A stretch of DNA of 36,972 nucleotides from Dehalococcoidia bacterium UBA6627 (GCA_002455955.1 DKLZ01000062.1:1-36972), one strand, 5' to 3'; positions 27,038-36,972 are shown, counted from the first letter of the stretch. Program-made: numbers and translations. The notes: generated by a model not told the origin, from the sequence alone.

Positions 27038-28422
27038 AGTCTCAGTCTATAAATCTGCCTCTTAAACCAAAGGATAGTACAACGAGTAAAACGTTCTCAC
27101 TTCAAATAGTCGACGGTGCAGACCATGCCCGTGCCGGCGTGTTGCGTCGTAAATCGCTGTTCGACGTAACTTTGACTGATGATGTTCGAAAGGACATCGA
27201 AGCACTCTGGGGAGAGCCGTTAGACGCTGGTGCTCATGTTGCTCGTATTCTCGAGGAAGTTGAACAATCTGGTGACGAAGCTGTAACACGTCTCTCTCAA
27301 CGTTTCGATAATTCTTCATATGACCGAATCGAAGTGACAGAAGACGAGATAAACGAGGCATTCGAACTCGTACCTCGAGAGCAAATCGATGCGATCGAAT
27401 TTGCAGTCAATCGAGTTCGTCACTATCACCGCGAGCAGCTTCGTCATGCACCGAAGACCTTTGAAGCACGTGGAGTCGGCATGATTGTTCGGCCGTTGCA
27501 GCGCATCGGGATTTACATGACCGGTTCGGATGCAGCACTACCATCTTCAGTGATTCATACGGCGGTTCCCGGTGTTGTCGCAGGGGTCGACGAAGTAATT
27601 GGCGTAACAGCAACGCAAGCAGATGGTAGGGTTTCTCCGCTCAAGCTCGTAGCCGCCAGATTGTCGGGTATGGCGAAAGTATTTCGTGCATCTGGTGCTC
27701 AGTCGATCGGTGCTCTCGCATTTGGCACAGATACGATTCCGGCGGTGGACAAGATTTACGGTCCCGGTAACGTATTTGTGACACTGGCTAAACAACAACT
27801 GTTTGGTCGTGTAGGCATAGATGCGATCTATGGACCGACCGAAACAATGGTAATTGCAGATGAAACGGCAAGAATCGATCTGGTCGCAGCAGATCTACTG
27901 GCACAGGCGGAACATGATCGCCTTGCGACGCCTGTACTGGTGACAACGAGTCGTCATATTGCTGAAGCCACTGCAGAAGAGATAGAAATTCAACTACAAA
28001 TACTGGAGCGGAGTGAGGTAGCTCGTGCTGCTGTCGAAAGAGGCGGCGCAGTAGTAGCAGCCGACCTTGATGAAGCGATCGTTCTTGCGAACGAATTTGC
28101 ACCGGAGCATCTAGCGTTGCTTGTTAAAGACCCAGTTGCGCTAGTACCGAAAATCCGAAATGCCGGAGGTGTCTTTTTAGGTGAGTCATCCCCAGAAGTT
28201 CTAGGAGACTATACAGCTGGCCCAAGCCATGTAATGCCGACAGGGGGGTCTGCTCGATATGCTTCCCCTCTTTCAGTTCTAGACTTTCTTAAAATCACAT
28301 CAATTGTCTCATTTCCCGATCACGAATTGCGTAGGCAAGGAGGCTATGCTTCGACATTGGCGAGAATGGAAGGTCTTAGCGCCCACGCGCTCAGTATTGA
28401 ACGTCGAATTGATGGCACCTAA
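27034..28422 (+). CDS. hisD: histidinol dehydrogenase
   Basis: GAQSIGALAFGT, KIYGPGNVFV, GPTE, DLLAQAEHD, APEHL, GDYTAGPSHVMPT. Confidence 0.97.
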   Translation: MKSQSINLPLKPKDSTTSKTFSLQIVDGADHARAGVLRRKSLFDVTLTDDVRKDIEALWGEPLDAGAHVARILEEVEQSGDEAVTRLSQRFDNSSYDRIEVTEDEINEAFELVPREQIDAIEFAVNRVRHYHREQLRHAPKTFEARGVGMIVRPLQRIGIYMTGSDAALPSSVIHTAVPGVVAGVDEVIGVTATQADGRVSPLKLVAARLSGMAKVFRASGAQSIGALAFGTDTIPAVDKIYGPGNVFVTLAKQQLFGRVGIDAIYGPTETMVIADETARIDLVAADLLAQAEHDRLATPVLVTTSRHIAEATAEEIEIQLQILERSEVARAAVERGGAVVAADLDEAIVLANEFAPEHLALLVKDPVALVPKIRNAGGVFLGESSPEVLGDYTAGPSHVMPTGGSARYASPLSVLDFLKITSIVSFPDHELRRQGGYASTLARMEGLSAHALSIERRIDGT

Positions 28423-29528
28423 TGACTCAGTTTGATCCGGTAAAGTCACTGAACCCGCACATTCGCAACTTGCCGTCATATGATGCATTGGAGGACCTTG
28501 AAGGCCTGGTATCTGCTTACGGATTAGAAGCAACGGATATCCTGAAATTAGATGGTAATGAAAATGCTTTCGGTCCCTCTCCAAAAGCTTTGGCGGCCCT
28601 ACAAACAAACTACGATCCGGGTCGGTACGCTGATGCGTCGCAAATTCGATTGCGTTCCGCAATTGCGGATTATGTTGGGGTGCAGCCGAAACATATTGTG
28701 GCTGGAGCCGGTTCAGATGAACTGATTGGTTTAATTTACAGTCTCTGGGTCAGTAGTGAAGATACGGTAGTCACCGCTGGTCCAACCTTTGGAATGTACG
28801 CATTTGGTTCCGCGTTGCATGGCTCAAACTTTATTGATGTCCCTCGGCTTGGAGACTGGAGCATTGACACGGCTACTCTATTAGCTGCGGCTCAAGACGC
28901 AAAAGTTGTTTTTCTCGCCTCACCTAATAATCCAACGGGAAATCAGCTTCAACCGGAATTGATTGACAAGATTATTGAAACGGGTGCATTGCTTGTTTTG
29001 GATGAAGCGTACATCGAATTCACCCAGACAGAATCAGCAGCAGTAAGAGCGGCATCAGAATCAGCTCTGATTGTTTTACGCACGTTTAGTAAATGGGGTG
29101 GAATTGCTGGTATGCGTGTTGGATATGCGGTCAGTGGAGAGAGAAGTATTGACGCTATGCTTCGTGCTAAACAGCCCTATAACATCTCTACTGCGAGCGA
29201 AGCTGCAGCGCTCGCTTCGCTGCAAGACACCGAAATTCTCAATGAACGAGCGCGCATCTTGGTCAAAGAGCGTGGACGGCTTGCTGAAATCATGAACCAG
29301 ACGGAGTACCTTCGACCTTCCACGTCCGACGCGAACTTTTTGTTAGTTCAAGTTTTGGATGGCCGATCGGGTCATGAGATTTCTGAGGCGCTTCGCCGGC
29401 GAGGCATCTTTGTACGTACTTACAATGATGACCGTCTTGTGAACTATTTTCGCATCTCAATCGGCACACCGAAACAGAACGTTCGAATTATCGATGCGAT
29501 AGCTGAAATTGGAGACAAAGATGTCTGA
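28422..29528 (+). CDS. hisC: histidinol-phosphate aminotransferase
   Basis: KLDGNEN, GAGSDELI, SPNNPTG, LDEAY, LRTFSKWGGIAGMRVGY, RISIGT. Confidence 0.95.
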   Translation: MTQFDPVKSLNPHIRNLPSYDALEDLEGLVSAYGLEATDILKLDGNENAFGPSPKALAALQTNYDPGRYADASQIRLRSAIADYVGVQPKHIVAGAGSDELIGLIYSLWVSSEDTVVTAGPTFGMYAFGSALHGSNFIDVPRLGDWSIDTATLLAAAQDAKVVFLASPNNPTGNQLQPELIDKIIETGALLVLDEAYIEFTQTESAAVRAASESALIVLRTFSKWGGIAGMRVGYAVSGERSIDAMLRAKQPYNISTASEAAALASLQDTEILNERARILVKERGRLAEIMNQTEYLRPSTSDANFLLVQVLDGRSGHEISEALRRRGIFVRTYNDDRLVNYFRISIGTPKQNVRIIDAIAEIGDKDV

Positions 29529-30150
29529 TTCTGCGAAGGACGATCGTTCAACCTCCGGCCGACAGGCAACTATAGATCGCGAGACTGCAGAGACGAAGAT
29601 TCATGTTGCCTTAAACATAGATGGTTCAGGGCTAGCAGATATATCGACTGGATTAGGTTTCTTTGACCACATGCTTGACGCCTTTACGCGTCACGGTCGA
29701 TTTGACCTGACGGTGAAAGCAGTCGGCGACCTAGAAGTAGATGCCCATCACACTATGGAGGACACGGCCCTTGCTATCGGCCAGGCATTCAACGAAGCGC
29801 TCGGGAGCCGCGTTGGGATCGTGCGAATGGGGGATGCATGCGTCCCTCTAGATGAGGCGCTCGTGCAAGTAGTGGTTGACATCTCTGGTCGCCCGTTTGC
29901 TTCGACGAATTTCGACTTTGTTGGCCGGCAAATTGGTGAAGTGCCAACGGAAATGGTCCCTCATGTGCTGTCGTCATTCGCGACTGGCGCGCGTTTAACG
30001 TTACATGTCCGCCAGCTTGAGGGTGCAAACGATCACCATATCGTTGAATCGGCAATGAAAGCGTTGGGTCGATCACTCGATTTTGCGGTGCGTATCGATG
30101 ATCGGATTCTAGGCGATGTTCCTTCAACCAAGGGCACGTTAACAGTGTAG
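29521..30150 (+). CDS. hisB: imidazoleglycerol-phosphate dehydratase (monofunctional)
   Basis: RETAETKI, GFFDHML, GDLEVDAHHTMED, PLDEAL, NDHHIVES, VPSTKG. SD GGAG precedes ATG 29521. Confidence 0.97.
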   Translation: MSDSAKDDRSTSGRQATIDRETAETKIHVALNIDGSGLADISTGLGFFDHMLDAFTRHGRFDLTVKAVGDLEVDAHHTMEDTALAIGQAFNEALGSRVGIVRMGDACVPLDEALVQVVVDISGRPFASTNFDFVGRQIGEVPTEMVPHVLSSFATGARLTLHVRQLEGANDHHIVESAMKALGRSLDFAVRIDDRILGDVPSTKGTLTV

Positions 30151-30330
30151 CTATCCTTGGTGTCAGGGATTTATTGTCCACTGATGAATGAGGCGCTGTC
30201 ACCGCAAAAGCTATGAATCTATGCAGCGATAATTCACGGAGCATCGACACTAACGAACCTGCGGAACCGACATCTACAGGCTGATTAGTCAGTATGAGGA
30301 TGCTAAGCCAGAACAGGAAATTACTCTAGC

Positions 30331-31143
30331 GTGAACAATAACGACAGAACAGAGATGTTGCGGTTTGCTCTCGACCTTGCTGATGCTGCTGATGAGATCT
30401 CTATGCGTTATTACCGCAATACTGTCGACATCGAACAAAAAACTGATGGCTCACTAGTGACGAATGCCGACCGCGACATCGAAGAATACATCAGTTCGCA
30501 GATTGCAGTACGGTTCCCGCAGCATGACATTCTTGGAGAAGAACAAGGTGTTAAGTCATCGACGATTGGTGATGGCAAATCGCGCTGGATTATTGATCCT
30601 ATTGATGGAACACATGGATTCGCTCGTTGCCTACCAGTTTGGGCAACCCTGATTGCTCTTGAGCATGATGGAATGATTGAAGTTGGTGTGGCCTCAGCCC
30701 CTGCTTTAGGCATGCGCTGGTGGGCAAAACGAGGGCAGGGGGCATACCGCAGAAATTTGAACCAGAAGGCCGGTGAAATCGATCAGATTCAGGTCTCTAC
30801 GATAACGAATATTGAAGAAGCACAGACTCTTTATGGGGCGTATGGGATGACTACTAATGCATGGCAAGGCGCCGATACCGTGCTTCGTCGTAGTTGGCGT
30901 TCGCGTGGATTTGGGGACTTCTGGGGACATTGTTTGGTTGCGGAAGGTTCGGCCGAACTGATGCTCGACCCCATATGCTCGTCATGGGATTTGGCGGCGT
31001 TATTTGTGATTGTCGAAGAAGCGGGTGGTCAGATGTCTGATATCAATGGTAGAGCTGTTTTCAATGCCGGGCATGCGATTACCTCAAATGGTCTGGTGCA
31101 CAAAGAAGTACTTGAAGTGCTGCAGGTGCCTAAGGACGGGTAG
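30331..31143 (+). CDS. hisN: inositol monophosphatase-family histidinol-phosphatase (HisN-like)
   Basis: VTNADRDIE, ILGEE, WIIDPIDGT, VWATLIAL, RSRGFGDFWGH.LVAEG, WDLAA; his operon context. Confidence 0.85.
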   Translation: MNNNDRTEMLRFALDLADAADEISMRYYRNTVDIEQKTDGSLVTNADRDIEEYISSQIAVRFPQHDILGEEQGVKSSTIGDGKSRWIIDPIDGTHGFARCLPVWATLIALEHDGMIEVGVASAPALGMRWWAKRGQGAYRRNLNQKAGEIDQIQVSTITNIEEAQTLYGAYGMTTNAWQGADTVLRRSWRSRGFGDFWGHCLVAEGSAELMLDPICSSWDLAALFVIVEEAGGQMSDINGRAVFNAGHAITSNGLVHKEVLEVLQVPKDG

Positions 31144-31256
31144 AAGCTAATAAGAAGTTGAAAGTGTTGGTATTCGGTAGCTCATTCAGCCAAAAGCAGT
31201 CGGGAAGCAGTCAGTAATGTGAGTTAACCTGTTAGTGGTGTCGCATGAATTCCGAT

Positions 31257-31529
31257 TTAACTTTCTGAGGCAGCATTGATCTCTTTAAGCTCTAATTGGA
31301 AGTCTTCTATCACTGGATTAGCTAGCAATCTTTCGCACATTTCAGTTGCTAAGACTTCAGCGTTCGAAGCGTTTGGCGCCTCAACTTCGACTTCGATGCG
31401 TTTACCCACTCGGACACGTCGTGCTGCTGCGAACCCGAGGTTGTTAAGGCTGTCGAGCACGGCTAGGCCTTGCGGATCGTTGACCAGAGGCTTCAACATC
31501 ACTTCGATACTGGCGAGATAGCTAGGCAT
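31257..31529 (-). CDS. purS: FGAM synthase subunit PurS
   Basis: VMLKPLVNDPQG, VRVGK.IE, MCERLLANPVIE. SD AAGGAG precedes ATG 31529. Confidence 0.95.
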   Translation of the reverse strand: MPSYLASIEVMLKPLVNDPQGLAVLDSLNNLGFAAARRVRVGKRIEVEVEAPNASNAEVLATEMCERLLANPVIEDFQLELKEINAASES

Positions 31530-31561
31530 TGGCACTCCTTGTTTCACAGAAAAAGCTTTAG

Positions 31562-32461
31562 CTAGCGAGGTAGTGTTTTACCTGTGAGCAATTGATAGAC
31601 CTCTTGGTAGCGGATGCTCATCTCATCGACAATGTTATTTGGGAGACTAGGTCCTGGCGCCTTCTTGTTCCAATTTAATCCCTCGAGATAGTCGCGTAAC
31701 GGTTGTTTATCAAAAGAAGGCTGATCGACGCCGGGTAGATAGCTCTTAGCAGGCCAGAAACGGGATGAATCAGGTGTTAACACTTCGTCGATCAGAGTAA
31801 CTTCTCCGTTCAATATACCGAATTCGAATTTGGTGTCGGCAACAAGGATTCCCTGCCGGGCAGCGTGCTCTGCTCCGTATCGGTACAGGGCGAGTGAACG
31901 AAGCTGAACTGCGTTGGCCATCTCTTCACCAAGAAATTCTATAGTTTGCTGAATCGTCAGTGGTGCATCGTGTTCCGGAGGCTCAGCCTTTGTTGTCGGC
32001 GTGAAGATCGGTTCGACAAGCTGGCTTCCTTTGAGGAGGTGTTCAGGGAGGGTGTTGCCGCAGATGCTTCCTGTGTGTTGATATTCTGACCAGGCAGAAC
32101 CTGCTATATAGCCACGAACAACAGCTTCAACCTTCAAGACTTCCGCACGATGCATCACCATCGATCTATGGTGATATTCACTACCACATTCGACCCCGAG
32201 TGCGGCGGCATTAGAGGAGTCTACGACCGCGATAAAGGCGTTGGGAACTACTTTGCTAGTGCGTTCGAACCAAAACTCGGAGATGCGTGTGAGAACCTCC
32301 CCTTTATGTGGGATGCCATTCGGCATCACGACATCGAATGCGGACGCGCGATCGGTAGTAACGAGAAGTAATCGATCATTATCTAGCGCATAGATGTCGC
32401 GCACCTTGCCTTTGTGAACTAACTCGAGGTTGAGATCGGTCTCCATCATGGCTGTTGGCAC
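31562..32461 (-). CDS. purC: SAICAR synthetase
   Basis: GKVRDIY, TDRASAFD, EAVVRGYIAGS, FTPTTKA, ADTKFEFG, DEVLTPDSSRFW, SFDKQ. Confidence 0.97.
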   Translation of the reverse strand: MPTAMMETDLNLELVHKGKVRDIYALDNDRLLLVTTDRASAFDVVMPNGIPHKGEVLTRISEFWFERTSKVVPNAFIAVVDSSNAAALGVECGSEYHHRSMVMHRAEVLKVEAVVRGYIAGSAWSEYQHTGSICGNTLPEHLLKGSQLVEPIFTPTTKAEPPEHDAPLTIQQTIEFLGEEMANAVQLRSLALYRYGAEHAARQGILVADTKFEFGILNGEVTLIDEVLTPDSSRFWPAKSYLPGVDQPSFDKQPLRDYLEGLNWNKKAPGPSLPNNIVDEMSIRYQEVYQLLTGKTLPR

Positions 32462-32466
32462 GATGG

Positions 32467-33777
32467 TTACTCATCCCCATTCGCGATGCCGAGACGACCG
32501 AACGATTCTTCTATGTGAGCTAAATAAGCGTCGACGTCGAAAAGAGCGTCAAGATCACTGGCAGACAACCTCGAAGTGACTACTTCGTCAGTCTCTAGAA
32601 GTTCGCGATATGGGAGATCGTCATGCCAGGCATGCATCGCGTGCCTCTGGACGATTTGATAAGCGTCCTCCCTTACCATGCCTGTTGCCAAAAGTGCGTT
32701 CAGTACTTTCGCGGAGAAGATGAGTCCATGTGTCAAATCGACGTTTTCACGCATTCGTTCTGGATAGACGACGAGACCTTGCATGACCTTCGTAAATATC
32801 TGGAGGCTATATGCCAAGAGGCCAGTTGCGTCAGGGAATGCAATTCGTTCGGCACTAGAATGAGAGATATCGCGTTCATGCCAGAGGGGCATGTTTTCGA
32901 GACCTGTATTGGCGTAACCGCGAAGTGTTCGAGCGAGACCGCAAACACGTTCACATAGCTCCGGGTTCCGCTTATGGGGCATTGATGATGATCCGGTTTG
33001 GGCGCCTTCGGCAAAAGGTTCTTCAGCTTCCCGCACCTCAGTTCGTTGTAGCGCTCGGATCTCGGTAGCGAACTTCTCAAGTGATGTGCCAATGCCTGCG
33101 AGAACGCTTAGTGCATAAGCGTGTCGGTCACGCTGGATGATCTGCGTGGTGACCGGCGCAACATTTAGGCCGAGGCGTGCACAGGCGTTTGCTTCAACTG
33201 AAGGCGGTACCGATGCATGTGTTCCAACAGGTCCTGACATCTGACCTACTGCAAGGTGTTTGCGGACTAGTTCGAGACGTTCTTCATGCCGTCGAAGTTC
33301 GTCAATCCAGACTGCAAGTTTAAGGCCGAAGGTAGTGGGTTCCGCATGTACGCCGTGAGTCCGGCCGATACAAATTGTTCGCCGATGCTCGATCGCCCTT
33401 CGCGTGACTATCGTGTTCAGGTGTGCGACTTGATCAGCGATGAAATCGATTGCCTCGAGGAATTGTAAGCAGGTGGCTGTATCCCAGACGTCGTTGCTCG
33501 TAAGCCCGTAATGGATCCAACGGGATTCGTCACCCAGCGAATCGGCAACAGAACGTAAGAATGCTGTGACGTCATGATGAGTTTCCTCTATGTACCGCAT
33601 CACATCTGGGATGTTTACACGTGCTTGCGACGTGATCGCAGTAACGTCAGCCGCTGGAACAACGCCTTCATCCCCCCATGCTTCGACAACTGCAAGTTCA
33701 ACCTTTAACCATGTCTTAAATTTATGTTCATCTGACCAGATAGCGGTCAACTCAGGGACGCTGTAACGATCGATCAT
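32467..33777 (-). CDS. purB: adenylosuccinate lyase
   Basis: MIDRYS, HYGLTSND, GRTHGVHAEPTTFG, GSSSMPHKRNP, LWHERDISHSS. Confidence 0.97.
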   Translation of the reverse strand: MIDRYSVPELTAIWSDEHKFKTWLKVELAVVEAWGDEGVVPAADVTAITSQARVNIPDVMRYIEETHHDVTAFLRSVADSLGDESRWIHYGLTSNDVWDTATCLQFLEAIDFIADQVAHLNTIVTRRAIEHRRTICIGRTHGVHAEPTTFGLKLAVWIDELRRHEERLELVRKHLAVGQMSGPVGTHASVPPSVEANACARLGLNVAPVTTQIIQRDRHAYALSVLAGIGTSLEKFATEIRALQRTEVREAEEPFAEGAQTGSSSMPHKRNPELCERVCGLARTLRGYANTGLENMPLWHERDISHSSAERIAFPDATGLLAYSLQIFTKVMQGLVVYPERMRENVDLTHGLIFSAKVLNALLATGMVREDAYQIVQRHAMHAWHDDLPYRELLETDEVVTSRLSASDLDALFDVDAYLAHIEESFGRLGIANGDE

Positions 33778-33864
33778 TTGGAAATACCTCGTGTGTCGAT
33801 GAGTTCACTGAACAGTAAAAAATCCCTGATCAGAGAGGCAGAATAGCTCATGATTGTCATGTAC

Positions 33865-35139
33865 TCACACTCCGTGGCCTAGGTCTGCTTTACCGATATC
33901 TGTTCGGTAATGGGCGCCGTCAAACGAGATTCGTGCAATGTTTTGGTATGCCAAGTTACGAGCTTCATCAACAGTTGTACCACTGGCGACAACACAGAGT
34001 ACCCGACCACCGCTTGTTACAAGAGCACCATTTCTTTCTTGAGCTCCAGCAACAAAAACTTCTACATCCTGATCCAGTGATTTGATTCCGTTTATGGGTT
34101 TTCCGATTTCGTATGATCCGGGATATCCACCAGAAGCCATAATTACTCCCACTGTAGCGGTCTCATCCCATTCGATATCAACGTCTGCAAGTCGCTTATT
34201 GGCAACAGCATCAAATATGTCTACAAGGTCCGTCCGGAGTTTTGGTAGGAGAACTTCAGTTTCCGGATCACCAAATCGGCAGTTAAATTCGATTACCTTT
34301 GGCCCGGCGTCAGTGACCATTATCCCTGGGTAGAGAAGTCCAGTGTAGGGGCGTTCCACGGCTGCCATCGCCGCCACAGCCCGCTCAGTGATTTCGCTTT
34401 GGATTCGATTAGCTGTGTCTTCATCAAGCCAGCCTGGCGGTGAATAAACGCCCATGCCACCGGTGTTGGGTCCGGTATTGCCGTCGAACACAGGTTTGTG
34501 GTCGCATGAGAACGGTAGATGACGAGTGGTGATACCGTCTGTGAAAGCATGCGCCGAAGTTTCTCGACCAAATAATCGTTCTTCTACGACGACACGCGCA
34601 CCAGCGCTTCCGAAGGCGCGATCGACCATCGAAAGTTCTATGGCGGTTTCAGCTTCCTCGAGGTTGTTGCAGACAGTGACACCTTTTCCTGCAGCGAGAC
34701 CGTCTGCTTTGATTACCACTTGGTACTCGCAGTTGCGGACGAAGGTTTTGGCTTCTTCAGGATCATCGAAAGACTTGGATGTTGAGGTGGCTATACCAAA
34801 ATCTGACATTAGAGTGTTTGCAAAATCTTTAGAAGATTCGATCTCGGCTGCTAAGCGAGTGGGCCCAAAGGTGGCAAATCCTGCAGTAGTGAGATGATCG
34901 GTAATGCCTGCAGCGAGTGGATCTTCAGGTCCCACTACCACCAGATCAGCCACAGTTCTTTCCGCGAGAGAGACAACGGCATCGAGATCCATGAGGTCGA
35001 CCTGAGGCACTAGCTCACCTAGGTCCTTCATAGCTGGATTACCCGGCGCGATCCACAGCTTAGAGAGGCGAGGTGACTGAGTTAGTTTCCAGGCAATGGC
35101 GTGTTCGCGACCGCCGCTGCCGAGTAAGAGGATATTCAT
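33865..35139 (-). CDS. purD: phosphoribosylamine--glycine ligase
   Basis: GSGGREHA, VVGPE.PL, IKADGLAAGKGV, DHK, GPNTGGMG, EFNCRFGDPE, GGRVL, YRTDIG. Confidence 0.97.
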   Translation of the reverse strand: MNILLLGSGGREHAIAWKLTQSPRLSKLWIAPGNPAMKDLGELVPQVDLMDLDAVVSLAERTVADLVVVGPEDPLAAGITDHLTTAGFATFGPTRLAAEIESSKDFANTLMSDFGIATSTSKSFDDPEEAKTFVRNCEYQVVIKADGLAAGKGVTVCNNLEEAETAIELSMVDRAFGSAGARVVVEERLFGRETSAHAFTDGITTRHLPFSCDHKPVFDGNTGPNTGGMGVYSPPGWLDEDTANRIQSEITERAVAAMAAVERPYTGLLYPGIMVTDAGPKVIEFNCRFGDPETEVLLPKLRTDLVDIFDAVANKRLADVDIEWDETATVGVIMASGGYPGSYEIGKPINGIKSLDQDVEVFVAGAQERNGALVTSGGRVLCVVASGTTVDEARNLAYQNIARISFDGAHYRTDIGKADLGHGV

Positions 35140-35307
35140 CGATTCCCCTATATCTAGACTGAATATTGCCCTTGATTAAGTAAAGGGTTATGCAGCTATT
35201 AGCTCTTTAAGTAGGTTCTTGAGCTTGGTACCTATCAAATCTCTTAGCTCTCTATATTCAGTGAAAGGCAGGTGTTTAGCTTTCACATTCCTTTTATCCG
35301 ATACTGA

Positions 35308-36237
35308 TTACTTTGAGAGCGAGGGGGATTGCATGGACTCAAAGAAATCCTGGCGGATCGCTTCCTTATCGAAATTTTGAATTAATGTGATTGTGTGGTC
35401 GTTAAAGTTACCTGACCAGGCACGCCCATTTAGTCTAGGAGCAGGAATTACAGATGATTCTCCCCAATGTGGATTCTTAAGCACGGCAAAAACTACCATA
35501 TCGAATAATGCGCGGGTGTTGCCGCGGGTGTTATTGAACAGATTTACTGAGTAGTCGCCGAATGTTGAGAAGCGACCGCCGTGCCTTCCAGTGATAGGTC
35601 TGGACTGTGGACCTAAACCCGGCATTGTTTCCTGAATCTCATCAATATGTACTGCAACAGCGGCGGTACCAGTGGTTTTCCCATAGCGTACAGTAACCAT
35701 GGAAAAATCCACACCACTTGTAATAACGGCGTTATAAGAAGTGGTGTCATGCATTAGATTGTGTTCTCCGTCTTCACCATCCTGACTGTCATAGTTGCCT
35801 CCAAGCCATATAATTTTTACTTGATCGACGATGCTGGGATCCTTTGTCAGTGCGAGCGCGATGTTAGTCAACTTGCCTATCGGAGCAAGAATTAGACGGT
35901 CGTTCTGCTGTGCATGAGCCTGGGCAATGATGAAATTCACCGCCTCGTGGCCTTCATGGTTAAGCTGGTTAAGCTGGCTGGAAAGTTCTGAGTATGTACC
36001 AGTGTTCACGCCCTTTAGCAGAGGGAATGTGTCCCAGGTATGACATAGTTGCATTACTCGCTTGGCTTCTTCGAAATCGTCTTCCACTGAACCTTTGGTG
36101 GTGTGGTTGACGGTGATGCCCTTGATGTCGAACACGTCGTTGTTGAAGAAGGCATAGGCCAGAGCATGCTGGTCATCCAACTCATTATTCGTGTCGGTAT
36201 CTATCAATATCGGAATTTTGGTTTCAGGGAGTGTCAC
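35308..36237 (-). CDS. nucleoside hydrolase family protein (IU-NH-like)
   Basis: ILIDTDTNNELDDQHALAY Asp-rich motif, IGKLTNIALAL..DP, IWLGG, EHNL..D. Confidence 0.85.
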   Translation of the reverse strand: MTLPETKIPILIDTDTNNELDDQHALAYAFFNNDVFDIKGITVNHTTKGSVEDDFEEAKRVMQLCHTWDTFPLLKGVNTGTYSELSSQLNQLNHEGHEAVNFIIAQAHAQQNDRLILAPIGKLTNIALALTKDPSIVDQVKIIWLGGNYDSQDGEDGEHNLMHDTTSYNAVITSGVDFSMVTVRYGKTTGTAAVAVHIDEIQETMPGLGPQSRPITGRHGGRFSTFGDYSVNLFNNTRGNTRALFDMVVFAVLKNPHWGESSVIPAPRLNGRAWSGNFNDHTITLIQNFDKEAIRQDFFESMQSPSLSK

Positions 36238-36267
36238 TCATTCCCACTCAATCTTTCCTTCTTTGGA

Positions 36268-36972
36268 TCAGTTGTCTAAGTGAACTTGGGCGAGTGCGAT
36301 ACCGCTTTCTCCAGCGACGGCGTAAAGCAAATAGACATTGCCATCCTCTTCAAAGATTGCCGGGTCGCGCAACTGATTGACATGGCCGTAAGCGGTGCTA
36401 CGGATCGATGGTTCGTTTGGCTGGTCCGCTCCCTCCCAGGGATGCTCCGGCCGGAGCATTACAATTGGTTCGGTCTCTTGCCAAGTACTCCAATCATCGG
36501 AGAGATCGATCGAACTCAATAAAATGCTCTCAGGTGCGTGGCCCACTTGGGTCCAGAACACGTGCATCGTGTTACCGCGCTGCAAAAGGGCAGAATGGCG
36601 CATATCCGTGTTAAACAGCCGTGGGCCTTTCTCAAACCTCGTATAGCCGTCTTGTGATCGGTAGAATTGTCCCGGCATGGCCATAGCGTAAACTGCGTCC
36701 GGTCTCTGAAAGACTCGGAAGTAAGTGGGACCCAGAATGTCTGGTTTGGCGATGAAATCGATACCGTTCTCTGACACAGCAACCCGTGTTGACTGCTTTG
36801 CAAAAGCTTCTAAGCCATGGAAATACATCACAATATTTTGTTCGTTTTCATTCACATGAACATCGGGCGACGCGATATGTGTGGTTGTCGCTTCGACGGT
36901 GAAGTCATGCGATAGCTTCCCCGGCATAGAGGCGCTGCGGCTGGCCGTCGCGGCAGCGCCGCCGTCAGCAGG
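36268..36972 (-). CDS. hypothetical protein, glycoside-hydrolase beta-propeller-like (5'-truncated)
   Basis: HIASPDVHV, MYFHG, SENGIDF, SQDG..F, QLRDPAIFEEDG.VYLLY repeats are typical of five-bladed propellers. The frame is open to the window end. Confidence 0.6.
   Translation of the reverse strand, partial: PADGGAAATASRSASMPGKLSHDFTVEATTTHIASPDVHVNENEQNIVMYFHGLEAFAKQSTRVAVSENGIDFIAKPDILGPTYFRVFQRPDAVYAMAMPGQFYRSQDGYTRFEKGPRLFNTDMRHSALLQRGNTMHVFWTQVGHAPESILLSSIDLSDDWSTWQETEPIVMLRPEHPWEGADQPNEPSIRSTAYGHVNQLRDPAIFEEDGNVYLLYAVAGESGIALAQVHLDN

Noticed and set aside
30181-30290. CTGATGA resembling a hammerhead ribozyme core
   Set aside because: No stem II followed by GAAA and no flanking helices were found.
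31144-31256. purQ remnant after purS
   Set aside because: Only a 4-codon ORF (MRHH) is present, with no FPGSNC-like sequence.
1-36972. CRISPR arrays, IS elements or defence genes
   Set aside because: No regularly spaced repeats, transposase motifs or recognisable defence domains were seen by eye.

Overview
Housekeeping region of a bacterial chromosome. The gene set and protein styles suggest Chloroflexota, probably Dehalococcoidia-like (inference). From left to right: a partial CotH/lamin-tail protein, tRNA-Ala(GGC) and a hypothetical gene; a long minus-strand operon yceD-rpmF-fabD-fabG-nusB-acpP-tatB-tatC-udg-rnj-ftsK-accD/A; a plus-strand unit of C4 zinc-ribbon protein, serine-recombinase-like protein, RNase HI and rnpB; VOC, PNPOx-like, murE, Zn-ADH and class III aminotransferase genes; a small stand-alone transcript; birA; a His-leader attenuator with hisZ-hisG-(Zn-PLC-like)-hisD-hisC-hisB-hisN; a convergent purD-purB-purC-purS; a nucleoside hydrolase; and a truncated beta-propeller-like gene. 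No CRISPR array, transposase or phage gene was seen. The most unusual signals are: (1) TatC carries an inserted acyl-carrier-protein-like domain that shares an 11-residue identical motif with the neighbouring acpP but lacks the phosphopantetheine Ser; (2) a full-length large serine recombinase with its catalytic residues replaced sits tightly coupled in the zinc-ribbon/rnhA/rnpB unit; (3) HisG is a tandem duplicate with a degenerate N-terminal copy; (4) a probably leaderless His attenuator; (5) a promoter-sORF-terminator mini-transcript upstream of birA; (6) fabD has no canonical start codon outside rpmF.
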